Shown here piece by piece: positions 7,759 to 17,723 of a stretch of 64,000 nucleotides of DNA. Numbering within the stretch: the first letter of the stretch is position 1; every line of letters starts with the position of its first letter. The notes below the pieces were generated by a model. That model searched no databases, had not been told where the DNA came from, and worked only from the letters and a program-made list of their open reading frames with translations. The stretch comes from Parcubacteria bacterium C7867-005 (GTDB lineage Bacteria > Patescibacteriota > Minisyncoccia > Phycocordibacterales > Zambryskibacteraceae). The stretch lies in assembly GCA_001189165.1 (NCBI GenBank), contig LFCO01000003.1:126984-190983 (forward strand), read 5' to 3'. The position numbers and the translations under genes are program-made.

Positions 7759-9870
7759 TTATTCTGCGGAATATTTTTTTGGTCCAGGGTCCGTGGCTCC
7801 ACCAGTAGGTTCGTTGGTCTTTGGTTCCCCTGCTTTTGTTTCTGTTCCTGTATCATCTCCTGCTTCTTTTGCTTGTTTGGCGATTTCTTCCGCTATTTTC
7901 TCTGCAGGCTTTTTGTCTTTGATACTCTTTCGTATTGTCTCCGCAGCCAGTGTATATTCTTTCTTGGTTGGACCGAATAAGCCGATTCTCTTTATGTCTG
8001 GTATCAAATACCCCAATGGGCTGTCAGGGTCACCTATTCTGGTAGTGAGGAATTTTGCGTAAGCTTCTTTTCTAATTGCACCAACCCCCTTAATTTCCTT
8101 TGGCTTCCAGCCAAATGTCTCCTCTGCAATCTTTTCAGCCTCTTTCTGGCTTTTGCCAGCCCTGATCAAATCATCGATATTTGTCTTCCTTAGCTTTTCA
8201 AGTTCGGCCTCTGCTTCTTTCTGGTTCTTGCCTGAATCTTTTAGTTTCTTGATTTCTCTCAACTGAACTCCCTCTCTTCTAGAAATTTCTGCTTTCGCCT
8301 GTTTTTCAGTTAGTGTCCATCCAGATTCTTCTCTTATTTCACTAACCTTTCTTTTGCGTATCTCGTCTTCGTTTGCACCGCTTAGCTCATCTACCTTTCT
8401 TTGTGCGTCTGCGATTATCTCAGGATCATCAGTTTTCTTTGCCTCATCTAATTTTCTCTTGGCCTCAATAACTGAAAGCTCTGAAGGTTTGAGACTGTCG
8501 GCATATTTCTTTTCTGTCTCGATTCTATCCTTGAGATCTTTTGCATAACCACCACTTTGACCCTTTCCTGCCCCTAAGTCTTTCCCTATTCCTGTAGCTC
8601 TTATATCAAAGCTACTCTTAGATAGCTTGCTTGCGGCCGCAAGGTTGAGACGTGCCCTGATACTTCCTTCAGCCGCTCTATCTTGTAGCTCCTTGTTTCC
8701 TTCTAAGGAAGCACCGTATCTACCTATGATCCCCCGACCCGCTCTTCCTGCAAGGCCCACCGTCGCTCCGCCTGCAAGGCCCATGGCCCAACTGCCCATT
8801 TTACCAACTACACCACCTGCCTTAGATGAGATTGATTTGGCAGTAGTAAGGGCGGCAACGATGAGGGCGATGGCGATAAAGAAATTGATGATCAAACCCA
8901 TGCCGCCCGGGGAAGGCGCGCCGTTCACAGCTGCACTTTGAGTGAGTCCTTGCCTAAGAGTCTCTGATCCATTTACTCCGATGAAGCTCGGGTCATTGAT
9001 GATGACAATCACCACCCATGCGAGGAACATAAAAACTGGAGCGAAGGTTAACTGACTCATCAAAGCATCTTTCCATTGCTTCGCTTGGTCCTTTAATCCT
9101 GGTATCACTAGAGCGAGGAAAGCTATAGGTGAAAACGCCATCACCAAAATCAAAATGACGTATCGCATCAAAAAGAAGAAAGTAATAGCCAAGAACACCC
9201 AGGTGGTGATTAGTATGAATATAGAGCCCATTATTCCTACTAGAGTTATCTCTCCCGCGTTTATAGAATCAGTACCGTCTGTCTTGTATATAGTTTGTAT
9301 TTTAAGTGGAGCGACAAAGCTGTTGGAGAGCCCCATAGAAAAATTATCACCCTGTGCAGCATCCGGGGAGATGGCTCCGTAGAAAGTAAGGGTGACTATA
9401 TTCGAAGCATCTATCAGTACCTTTGTCCCAAACAAACTGAAATTGATAAACAAAGCGATGATGACCAAGTTTTTTATTGTTTCTTTGGCGAGTGACCTAT
9501 CTCCTAATATAAGTTTTATGGATGCATACAGGAGAATAAATATGAAAAACATATTGGCGATGTCCCTTACTGTCTCCCAGATCATCTTTATAGAAGTAAG
9601 ATCACCTATGTGTTGTTTCATGTCCACGACTGTATAGTCGATAACATAGTTCAGGAGAATACCTGCGAGCCCTAAGAGGAAAGACAATATCTTTAAAACA
9701 GCATTCGATGCATTTGCCATACAATCCTCGAGCTCAATACCTTCTGATATGGAAATGCACGCTGCATCTGTCGTGTTAGTGGGTACGAATAGTAGAATCA
9801 AAAACAAAGCGATTCCTAAAATAGCGAAAGTTTTTTTATCTATTTTCCTAAAGTGCTTAAGCCAAAGCAT
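7759..9870 (-). CDS. VirB6/TrbL-like polytopic membrane protein with long coiled-coil/charged C-terminal extension
   Basis: 703 aa, more than six TM helices in the N-terminal half, Gly/Ala-rich segment, then Lys/Glu-rich coiled coil; position and topology fit a T4SS VirB6-like channel component. Confidence 0.6.
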   Translation of the reverse strand: MLWLKHFRKIDKKTFAILGIALFLILLFVPTNTTDAACISISEGIELEDCMANASNAVLKILSFLLGLAGILLNYVIDYTVVDMKQHIGDLTSIKMIWETVRDIANMFFIFILLYASIKLILGDRSLAKETIKNLVIIALFINFSLFGTKVLIDASNIVTLTFYGAISPDAAQGDNFSMGLSNSFVAPLKIQTIYKTDGTDSINAGEITLVGIMGSIFILITTWVFLAITFFFLMRYVILILVMAFSPIAFLALVIPGLKDQAKQWKDALMSQLTFAPVFMFLAWVVIVIINDPSFIGVNGSETLRQGLTQSAAVNGAPSPGGMGLIINFFIAIALIVAALTTAKSISSKAGGVVGKMGSWAMGLAGGATVGLAGRAGRGIIGRYGASLEGNKELQDRAAEGSIRARLNLAAASKLSKSSFDIRATGIGKDLGAGKGQSGGYAKDLKDRIETEKKYADSLKPSELSVIEAKRKLDEAKKTDDPEIIADAQRKVDELSGANEDEIRKRKVSEIREESGWTLTEKQAKAEISRREGVQLREIKKLKDSGKNQKEAEAELEKLRKTNIDDLIRAGKSQKEAEKIAEETFGWKPKEIKGVGAIRKEAYAKFLTTRIGDPDSPLGYLIPDIKRIGLFGPTKKEYTLAAETIRKSIKDKKPAEKIAEEIAKQAKEAGDDTGTETKAGEPKTNEPTGGATDPGPKKYSAE

Positions 9871-9879
9871 TTGGTTTTA

Positions 9880-10908
9880 TTATATCCCAGCTTCATTCAA
9901 AATTTCTCCAAACTTGAGCCTGAATGATTTGCTCGCAGACTGTAAATACTTACTACTATGATCAATTTTTAAGGTAACTTGTGATACTCCAGAACCACTA
10001 CCCTCTTGTCTAAAAGTAGCACTCGGGCCGACAAAGTTGTTGCCCGAAGAAACGTTGTTTATGAGCCACTTATAGCCTAGGTCCGATGCCAAGGATCTGG
10101 TGCCAAAATAATAAGGGGAAGCAGTAAAGGTAACTTCTTTATCTTTGAGTTCGAACTCACCGCTAACTTCTTTGTTGTAGAGGATCCCATAGAGTGGATG
10201 GTTTTCATACACGAGGACCTTTGGGGCTGTTCCCTTAAGAGTGATCTCTTTCTCTCCAACAATAGAGTTGTCTTCCGTCCTCACATTAACAGAAATCACC
10301 TCATCTCTAAGGTAGATAGAGTTTTCAAGACCAAAAGAACTTTTCCCATATCCAGAAGCCGTGCTTACAACCTGGCCATTTCTACTCCATCTATAGACAA
10401 GTGAAGTTCCTGGTATCTCTCTACCACCTCTGTCTATAAATTTAGTTAGAGCAAAGACAGTAACCTTGTTTTGATAACTGTATAGAGGCTTGCCTCTATA
10501 GAATGGAGGTACGTATGAATCACTTTGCCAGACGAGGTCGATTTCTGTTGGGATAATGTTAATTGTCTTCTTAAATCTATTTTTATTCGACGGTGTGATA
10601 AATACATCAACCTTATCTACATTACCGACGCCCCTAGTAGTAAATTCAAAAAACTTTAGACCAACCCCTTTTGTCATGGCTCTATTATTTAACACCCACT
10701 CAATGAGCGACGAATCTATGTCGAAAGAAGCGTCAGTCATTTCTAGTCTTGTTTCGGTGTTCCCCCCTGGGTACAAGGGCGTCACCTCAACTGTTGTGGT
10801 GTCCGCTTGATCGATGTTTATCCCCGAGAATTGGGCGTGAGAAAGTAACGGGGCCATGAACAGCCCAAGTCCTAGCAACAATATTTTTTTCTGTTTAGTG
10901 TCCAACAT
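9880..10908 (-). CDS. Secreted hypothetical protein (signal peptide), T4SS-like cluster
   Basis: N-terminal signal LLLGLGLFMAPLLSHA; beta-rich composition; co-operonic. Confidence 0.5.
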   Translation of the reverse strand: MLDTKQKKILLLGLGLFMAPLLSHAQFSGINIDQADTTTVEVTPLYPGGNTETRLEMTDASFDIDSSLIEWVLNNRAMTKGVGLKFFEFTTRGVGNVDKVDVFITPSNKNRFKKTINIIPTEIDLVWQSDSYVPPFYRGKPLYSYQNKVTVFALTKFIDRGGREIPGTSLVYRWSRNGQVVSTASGYGKSSFGLENSIYLRDEVISVNVRTEDNSIVGEKEITLKGTAPKVLVYENHPLYGILYNKEVSGEFELKDKEVTFTASPYYFGTRSLASDLGYKWLINNVSSGNNFVGPSATFRQEGSGSGVSQVTLKIDHSSKYLQSASKSFRLKFGEILNEAGI

Positions 10909-12511
10909 ATATAGACTTACAGGCTTTTTTATCTACAGGGTCCACAAACCTATCAAGATCTACCACAGAGATATGAGCTTCTTTTGTGCCGGGGAAATAC
11001 CTCTCATCGTCTTCGACGTACTGCCTGGTTATTGTCACCTGAGTGATGCCAGTGACCGGGTCTCTCTCGAATGTTTGGTTGAACGCATTGTATCTTGGCC
11101 AAACACCTATACTTGTCCTTGGTAACTGGCTTTCCGTACCACCCCATAGTGCATTTACCATAATCTCTGCCCCATCTACTCTTACAGGGAATAATTCGAA
11201 TTCTCCTGAGCCGCCGCTGATATTTGCTATCCATTTAACGTCTTCATTGCGTTTGTATCTTGGGAATTCGGCGTAGCATTCTACGACAAGAGGTGGGAAT
11301 TTTGACACAGTCACCGAAGGGTCACATATAACAGTAGAGGTTTCGGGTACTCCGGGTATGATTGTTTCTAATCCACTCTCGTCTACGGAGATGATGTTTC
11401 TGGTTCTGGTTACTCTCACTCTCGCGTCTTTTACTCCTTCGGTTGTATATATAATCTCTGCAGTATTCTGTGTACCAGAAAGTCCTCCAGCACCAGACCA
11501 TTCGTAGCTTATAGAGTCCTCTGGGTTGAATCCGATCACCTGAGCAGACCACTTGACTGGATTAAGGACGAGAGTGTTACTTACATCAGCACTACAGGTT
11601 ATAGGACTTGCTGTTGCGCCTGCAGATTGATTACCAGACTGATTTCCCGCTGGAGACCTACCAGCCCCAGCAAGGTTTTTCAAAGTTTTTTGAGCAAGTA
11701 GACCGATGCCAGCACTTACTATCTCATCAAACTCATCCGCGAGTTCTAGTTGTCTAAAACCCGTACCGACGACATCAGTAAGCTGCTCATTGATAAACGA
11801 TCCAGGGGTCTTTATATTTCCCTTCGCATCTTTAATAGAAATAAACCCCCTACCCCAATCTGCGAGCATTTTTTCTATACCTAATTTTTTCTGGACTTCT
11901 TTGTCTATACTGTTTGTCAGCTGGATAAGATTACCATCAGGGTTGTTGGCATCATTTTGTGTCATGCTAAGCCATCCTTGCCACCCGCCTTGATTAAAAT
12001 CATCGAGGAATCCTTCAAGGTTGTTTGTTACCCCCATGAAAGTACACTGCGGGTTATAGTTCACACCATCCTTACCGTTATCTGTTAGATACTTTCTCGC
12101 CAAGTTAACTTTCACTTGAACACGAAACGGAGCACAGAGTCCATTGAGCTCAGTGTCGTTTATGATATTCCCAGCGATAACATCTCCAGCATCTTTAAAA
12201 TATTGTTCTAGGTTTGTGATGAATTTTGGCTGTCCGTCCGTGCCACCACTTATCCAAGCTACAATGTCATTTGTTGCCATTCTTAGTAAGATCTTCAAAG
12301 AGAGGGTGCCCAATGCATCCCAGCTTGTGCCGGGTATTGGTATTCCGAAAAATGGGATTTGCGAAACCTCTTTTTTTGTTTGAGGCACGTTGTTAACAGG
12401 TATTTGCAGTAGAGTACCCTGCGCCATGACTAACTTGGGAGTCATCAAAATAGGGCCGAGGAATGAGGCGATGAGTATAGCAGAGATTAATTTTTTGTTT
12501 GTAGATTTCAT
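10895..12511 (-). CDS. Secreted hypothetical protein (signal peptide), T4SS-like cluster
   Basis: Signal peptide ISAILIASFLGPILMTPKLVMAQG; 538 aa; overlaps neighbours by a few nt (operonic). Confidence 0.5.
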   Translation of the reverse strand: MKSTNKKLISAILIASFLGPILMTPKLVMAQGTLLQIPVNNVPQTKKEVSQIPFFGIPIPGTSWDALGTLSLKILLRMATNDIVAWISGGTDGQPKFITNLEQYFKDAGDVIAGNIINDTELNGLCAPFRVQVKVNLARKYLTDNGKDGVNYNPQCTFMGVTNNLEGFLDDFNQGGWQGWLSMTQNDANNPDGNLIQLTNSIDKEVQKKLGIEKMLADWGRGFISIKDAKGNIKTPGSFINEQLTDVVGTGFRQLELADEFDEIVSAGIGLLAQKTLKNLAGAGRSPAGNQSGNQSAGATASPITCSADVSNTLVLNPVKWSAQVIGFNPEDSISYEWSGAGGLSGTQNTAEIIYTTEGVKDARVRVTRTRNIISVDESGLETIIPGVPETSTVICDPSVTVSKFPPLVVECYAEFPRYKRNEDVKWIANISGGSGEFELFPVRVDGAEIMVNALWGGTESQLPRTSIGVWPRYNAFNQTFERDPVTGITQVTITRQYVEDDERYFPGTKEAHISVVDLDRFVDPVDKKACKSIYVGH

Positions 12512-13335
12512 GTACCTTGCCAGAATAATCTAGCCTCTGTGTTTGCGAAAATTATACCATTTGCATTGAAGTAAGTCAGAAAGTTAGAGAGGATTTCTGA
12601 CTCTCTACTACCGATTTCTGATTGGGCTTGAAAGGCGAGCATGGCTTTTAGAGGGTCAGTGCCTATGAAGGACATATCGTTTGTGTTGTTTGCTGAGTCA
12701 ACATAAACATTTATTAGATTAAGATGATTGACCACAGCACCTCTAGGTGCGCTTAGGTTTTTTAACTCCTTGGCGAAATTTAAATACAGACCTGAAATAT
12801 TTTTGAATTTGTTTTGAAGCTCTTCGCTTTCTATGTTGTCTGCATTTATGTACTCGATAGGGTTCTTAAGGTACTCATCGGTGTATCTTTTTTTGATAAG
12901 AGCTACATTGGTTGCATACGCGATAATCAGGTCAGTGTTTGAATCTTCGAAAGTGACTATATCCTTAGTTGAAAAATACGGTATTTTTTTCTGTGCCTCT
13001 ATGTTCTCTACCGTAGCCTCAGCAACAGCATCTATCCCCTCTTGGCTGATTGAACCATTTTCTTTGAGAGTCAGATAGCCCGAAAATAATCTCCTGCCGA
13101 ATTTTTGAGTCTCAGTTTCTCCTAGATTTATAACAGCATCTTCTGCGTTTGCCTCAGCTTCATTCAGAATCTCCTCTTCTGTGGGCATACGATCGATGTT
13201 GTTTAGGTAGTTTTGTCCGTCTACTATAGATAACTTCGCCTCATTTTTTTTGAAATAAGCAGATAAGGAAGACCCCCCAATGAACAAAAGGGCCAACATG
13301 ATCGAGATAATGATTGAAGGAGAAGGTTTTTTCAA
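12508..13335 (-). CDS. N-terminally membrane-anchored hypothetical protein, first gene of T4SS-like cluster
   Basis: TM helix IIISIMLALLFIGG then soluble domain; 4-nt overlap with the next gene. Confidence 0.5.
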   Translation of the reverse strand: MKKPSPSIIISIMLALLFIGGSSLSAYFKKNEAKLSIVDGQNYLNNIDRMPTEEEILNEAEANAEDAVINLGETETQKFGRRLFSGYLTLKENGSISQEGIDAVAEATVENIEAQKKIPYFSTKDIVTFEDSNTDLIIAYATNVALIKKRYTDEYLKNPIEYINADNIESEELQNKFKNISGLYLNFAKELKNLSAPRGAVVNHLNLINVYVDSANNTNDMSFIGTDPLKAMLAFQAQSEIGSRESEILSNFLTYFNANGIIFANTEARLFWQGT

Positions 13336-13408
13336 TGGATTACTCGCTTTATTGTACCAAATAGAGAGCGCCCGAGGAATCTGTTTAAACTAGAGATATA
13401 CTAAGAGC

Positions 13409-14362
13409 ATGAGATTCATCATTTTTCTATTTTTTCTGTCTATACCGATATCTTTTTCTAACGCACAGTCAGGAGACATCTTTATTCAGAGCGATCTTTC
13501 TCTGGGCTCTGTCGGTGAAGATGTTAGACTCTTGCAAATTGCTTTAAACAAAGACGACCGGACCAGGGTTTCATCGACTGGACCAGGTTCGAGGGGAGAA
13601 GAGACCAATTTTTTTGGCCCTAAAACTGAGAGAGCCGTCATCCTTTTTCAAGAACTTCACAAGGAGGCTATTCTCAGCCCACTCAAACTAAGCGCCGGAA
13701 CAGGTTTTGTCGGCGAAAATACCAGAAAAATCCTTAATACAACCACCCCAATACTGACCGAGTTAGAAAAAAGTGAGGAAATGCCAGTCCTATTCATTAA
13801 ACAGGCTCCTTTTCTCTACAACATTAACCCATATCAGCTTAAACCCGGTGATGTAGCCACTATTTCTGGTAGAGGCTTTTTGTCTTCAGGAAATGAGGTT
13901 TTTTTAGGTAGTAAATCTCTGGGTGAGTATTCTAGCAACGGAACGTCCATAAGCGTCCAGATACCAGAAAACACGCCCTATGGGTCTCATAAAATAAGAG
14001 TAAAAAACAGAAATGGTGAGACAGAAGACAGCCAAACAAGCATTGGTGCCTTGGTTGTAGAAAACCCTAGTGCCCCACCAAAAATAGTAAAAACGGAACC
14101 AGAATCTCTCTTGAACGAGCCTGAAATAGTATTATTTGGTGAAAATTTTGCTGAACTTAACGATGTTTATTCGAGTGTGGGTGAAATCCTGGGCCTGACC
14201 ATAAGCCAGGGCAGCACAGTCAGGATTCCCCTATCGATGCTTACTCGGCTCGATGACCTCAAAAAGGATATTAAGCTGGATGGTTTTGAGTTTCCAATTT
14301 ACTTCTTTGTTAAAAACGAAAACGGGATAAGTGAGCCATTCATGGTCTTAATAAAGTTATAA
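13409..14362 (+). CDS. Secreted protein with peptidoglycan-binding (PG_binding_1-like) and IPT/TIG-like domains
   Basis: Signal peptide; VRLLQIALN...FFGPKTERAVILFQ matches the PG-binding domain-1 pattern; later a beta-sandwich-like segment (KPGDVATISGRGF...). Confidence 0.6.
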   Translation: MRFIIFLFFLSIPISFSNAQSGDIFIQSDLSLGSVGEDVRLLQIALNKDDRTRVSSTGPGSRGEETNFFGPKTERAVILFQELHKEAILSPLKLSAGTGFVGENTRKILNTTTPILTELEKSEEMPVLFIKQAPFLYNINPYQLKPGDVATISGRGFLSSGNEVFLGSKSLGEYSSNGTSISVQIPENTPYGSHKIRVKNRNGETEDSQTSIGALVVENPSAPPKIVKTEPESLLNEPEIVLFGENFAELNDVYSSVGEILGLTISQGSTVRIPLSMLTRLDDLKKDIKLDGFEFPIYFFVKNENGISEPFMVLIKL

Positions 14363-14369
14363 TAGTCGT

Positions 14370-14726
14370 ATGAAATTCTTTTCTTTTATACTTATCACTT
14401 CTTTGTTTTTTATCCCTTCCATATCTTTCGCTCTGGGCTTACCGTTTGGGGGTCGAGTAGCGGTGACTGTACCGTGTACGTGTTCTTTGCCTGGGACTTT
14501 GCATATATCTTTTGCTCCTTTGTATTTGTCTGCTGTACCAATCGTTGGTTCCGTTGTTTATTCACCGACAACGATTCTGTATCAATACTTTGCTATAGGT
14601 GTACCTACTACATGGGAGCTTGGTGAATATTTACCTGGAGTTCAAGAATGTTTTATTTATGTTGGCGTGGCTTGTGTACCACTTCCCTCTGTCGGAGTTA
14701 TGACTAGAGTTGGTACTAGTCTTTAG
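14370..14726 (+). CDS. Small secreted Cys-containing hypothetical protein
   Basis: Signal peptide, 118 aa, several Cys; co-directional with the upstream gene. Confidence 0.4.
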   Translation: MKFFSFILITSLFFIPSISFALGLPFGGRVAVTVPCTCSLPGTLHISFAPLYLSAVPIVGSVVYSPTTILYQYFAIGVPTTWELGEYLPGVQECFIYVGVACVPLPSVGVMTRVGTSL

Positions 14727-15508
14727 ATTCCCGCTACAATTTTTTTCCACATACCCATAGGAACATCTTCCGCTCGGGTGTTATCATCTATCTCCAGTTT
14801 TTCAAAGACAGATTTAATTTTTTCTTTATTTACTAAAGTACTCAGGTTCGAAGAGAGTTTTTTACGTTTTGATTTAAAACCAGCGTGAAGGATGTCAAAA
14901 AATTTTTCTTCATTAAATTCGGCAAAGAAATTTTTAGAAATATTTTGAACGGACAACACTGCGGAATCAACACTTGGCACAGGGAAAAATGATCCGGCTT
15001 TGACAGTTTTAATATAAACTGGTTCGCCATAGGCTTTGACTGAAAGAGACAGGACGCTTTCTTTTTGGTTTTTGGCTACGATACGTTCGGCGACTTCTTT
15101 TTGAACCATAAGAACCATCTGTTTTGGTTGGAAAGATGAACTTAAAAATTGGCGGATGATTTGTCCAGTGATGTTATAAGGTATATTCGCTATCAGTTTG
15201 TAATCCAGGACTTCAAATCTGCTGGCATCAAATTCTAAGATGTCACCGTGGATAAGGTCGAGTTTGTTCATCTTAATTTCTTTCTTGAAACTTTCCTTTA
15301 AGAGTTCGAACAGGTCATCGTCTTTCTCCACAGCCACCACTTTTTCTGCGATCCTTAAAAGTTTTTTAGTAAGCATTCCTTTACCTGGTCCGATTTCTAA
15401 TACGGTATCATCGCTAATGACATCTCCTGCATCTATGATTAAATCCACGACGCTCTCCGCTGTTAAGAAATTTTGACCCAGTGATTTTTTTGGATACATG
15501 TTAGTCAA
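14723..15508 (-). CDS. rsmA: 16S rRNA (adenine1518/1519-N6)-dimethyltransferase RsmA/KsgA
   Basis: KKSLGQNFL motif, SAM-binding LEIGPGKGMLT, NIPYNI motif. Confidence 0.9.
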   Translation of the reverse strand: MTNMYPKKSLGQNFLTAESVVDLIIDAGDVISDDTVLEIGPGKGMLTKKLLRIAEKVVAVEKDDDLFELLKESFKKEIKMNKLDLIHGDILEFDASRFEVLDYKLIANIPYNITGQIIRQFLSSSFQPKQMVLMVQKEVAERIVAKNQKESVLSLSVKAYGEPVYIKTVKAGSFFPVPSVDSAVLSVQNISKNFFAEFNEEKFFDILHAGFKSKRKKLSSNLSTLVNKEKIKSVFEKLEIDDNTRAEDVPMGMWKKIVAGI

Positions 15509-17465
15509 ATGGTATTTCTAATAATGGCTTTTTCTTCCAGGCGTTGTCAGTGTCAAATGTAACCTCCTCAGTTAGTTCTTCGGGTATATCAAAAATGAAT
15601 TCAGACGGGATGTTCACCTCTCTTTGCCCAAAGATCATGCGAACCTGAGCATATGAGAGGAAAATCTTATTTCTAGCTCTAGTTATGGCCACGTAGAACA
15701 ATCTGCGTTCCTCCTCGGCTTCTCCTTTGGAGATATTTTCTTTGGTTATCTTTTGGTGTGGGAACAAACCGTCTTCCAGTCCAGAGACAAATACCACATC
15801 GAACTCCAAACCCTTGGAGGCGTGAACTGTCATAAGCTTAACTCCGATTTTTTTGTCACTCAATTCGTCTTGATCACTTTGTAGAGCTGAATCAGATAAA
15901 AGTTGCTCTACTCCATCGAGTGGAGAAAGTTCGTCATATCTTTCTGATACAGCTGCCAGCTCGTATGCATTTTCCAGCCTCTCAAGGTCCTCTCCCTTGT
16001 TTTCTTTCCACAAGGTTTCAAGTCCAGATTCTCTTATGATGAATTGGATAGTTTTAGACGGTGGGTTTTTTTCTGCAAATTTTTTAATTTCCCCAAGTAG
16101 TTCATAAAATTGATCTATTTTTTTCTTTGTCGCGGTTGGTAAATTTTCTTGCAATCCAGTAAAAAGTTTTACAACGGTCGTTTTCCCTATACCTCTCGCG
16201 GGGATGTTTATAACTCTCTTTATATCCGACAGGCATTCTGGATTAAGTGATGCTCGCAAATAAGAAAGTATGTCTTTTATTTCTTTTCTCTCAAAAAATC
16301 GAGTACCTATCATCTGGTAAGGTAATCTGTGCTGCATAAATGCTTCTTCGAGTATTCGAGATTGAAAATTTGCTCTGTATAGGACGGCAATATTCTCCGG
16401 TTTTAGTCCTGACTTGATCAGGGCTTCGGTCTTTGTGGCTATGAACTCTGCCTCACTAGATTCATCGAAACCTTGAAAGATGCCAATCTTATCCCCCAAT
16501 GAGTTTGAGGTGAACAATGTTTTTTTGCGGCGAACTGTATTTTTTTCTATCACTGCATTTGCGGCATCGAGTATAGTTTTTGTCGAGCGATAGTTTTCTT
16601 CGAGCAAAATGATTTTTGCTCCAGGGTAATCATTTTCAAAATCTAAGATATTTTTTATGTCCGCCCCTCTCCAAGAATAAATATTTTGATCTATGTCACC
16701 GACCACGCAGATATTTTTCTCTGACCCTATTAATAATTTGGATATTTCATACTGAACGCCGTTGGTGTCTTGGTATTCATCTATGTGTACGTATTTCCAA
16801 ATATTCTGGTAGTGTTTTCTGACTTCAGTATTTGTTTTAAGTAACTTTGCTGTTTTTAGCAATAAGTCGTCAAAGTCCAACGCACTGTCTCTCCTTAGGA
16901 TTTTCTCGTATTCAGCCCAAACTGACTCGACAATATCAGAAAAGAATCCTTTATCGGATCTATCTTTGTAGTCTAATTCTGTTACCCCCCTACCCTTTTC
17001 TTTGGAGATAATACTCACGATTCTCGCGGGGTCATGAGTCTTGGGGTCCAGATTGTTTTTTTCAAGAGCTTCTTTCACTGCTCTTTTAGAATCATCTTTA
17101 TCAAAAATGGTGAAATGTCTATTTAGCCCCAATCTGGATGCATTTTCTTTTATGATATGAACCCCAAGAGCATGAAAGGTAGAGACAAATGGTCTCTCTG
17201 ACATCGATACTGGTCTATTCAGGCTCATATCTTCGCCCAGCATTCTATCCACCCTTTCCCTCATCTCTTTGGCAGCCTTGTTGGTGAAGGTGATGGCCAA
17301 TATAGAGGAAGGGGTAACACCTTGTCTTACTAGATGCCTAATCCTCTCTGCGATGGTTTTTGTTTTGCCCGCTCCAGCCCCAGCAAGGACCAATAGAGGT
17401 CCTTCTGTGGTGATCACAGCCTCTTTTTGTTTCTCGTTTAGGCCTTCTAATGAGCTTTTCTGCAT
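15501..17465 (-). CDS. UvrD/PcrA-family ATP-dependent DNA helicase
   Basis: LNEKQKEAV...LVLAGAGAGKTKT (Walker A) and UvrD motifs; start set at internal Met (MQKSSLEG) rather than the ORF-track start at 17528. Confidence 0.9.
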   Translation of the reverse strand: MQKSSLEGLNEKQKEAVITTEGPLLVLAGAGAGKTKTIAERIRHLVRQGVTPSSILAITFTNKAAKEMRERVDRMLGEDMSLNRPVSMSERPFVSTFHALGVHIIKENASRLGLNRHFTIFDKDDSKRAVKEALEKNNLDPKTHDPARIVSIISKEKGRGVTELDYKDRSDKGFFSDIVESVWAEYEKILRRDSALDFDDLLLKTAKLLKTNTEVRKHYQNIWKYVHIDEYQDTNGVQYEISKLLIGSEKNICVVGDIDQNIYSWRGADIKNILDFENDYPGAKIILLEENYRSTKTILDAANAVIEKNTVRRKKTLFTSNSLGDKIGIFQGFDESSEAEFIATKTEALIKSGLKPENIAVLYRANFQSRILEEAFMQHRLPYQMIGTRFFERKEIKDILSYLRASLNPECLSDIKRVINIPARGIGKTTVVKLFTGLQENLPTATKKKIDQFYELLGEIKKFAEKNPPSKTIQFIIRESGLETLWKENKGEDLERLENAYELAAVSERYDELSPLDGVEQLLSDSALQSDQDELSDKKIGVKLMTVHASKGLEFDVVFVSGLEDGLFPHQKITKENISKGEAEEERRLFYVAITRARNKIFLSYAQVRMIFGQREVNIPSEFIFDIPEELTEEVTFDTDNAWKKKPLLEIPFD

Positions 17466-17723
17466 AGATCTCGACACTATAACATAGTGGGCTTGTCCAT
17501 TGACCCACCGGTCCCCTTGGGGGTACAATTAAGGCTTCCCAGTACAGATTTGACCTTGGGCGATGCCCCTATACAGAGCGAAAGCAAGACAGATTGAACA
17601 GTTTAACCCAATTGTATTTCTATAAAAAAAGGTCGAAAAAGCTTTGCTAGATATAGCTTTTTTACCAAAAGAGTTTCAAATAGTGTTCAGATTCCCCAAA
17701 AGATTGTCATCCTAGGGGTATTC

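Noticed and set aside
8627-8941. GC-rich 104-aa plus-strand ORF within the VirB6-like gene
   Set aside because: Lies antisense to the Gly/Ala-rich segment of the VirB6-like protein, which locally raises GC; not an independent foreign insert.
17529-17723. 195-bp divergent intergenic region between uvrD and the LysM-M23 gene with an aaaagct...agctttt palindrome
   Set aside because: Likely just divergent promoters plus an incidental hairpin; no extended structure or conservation evidence.
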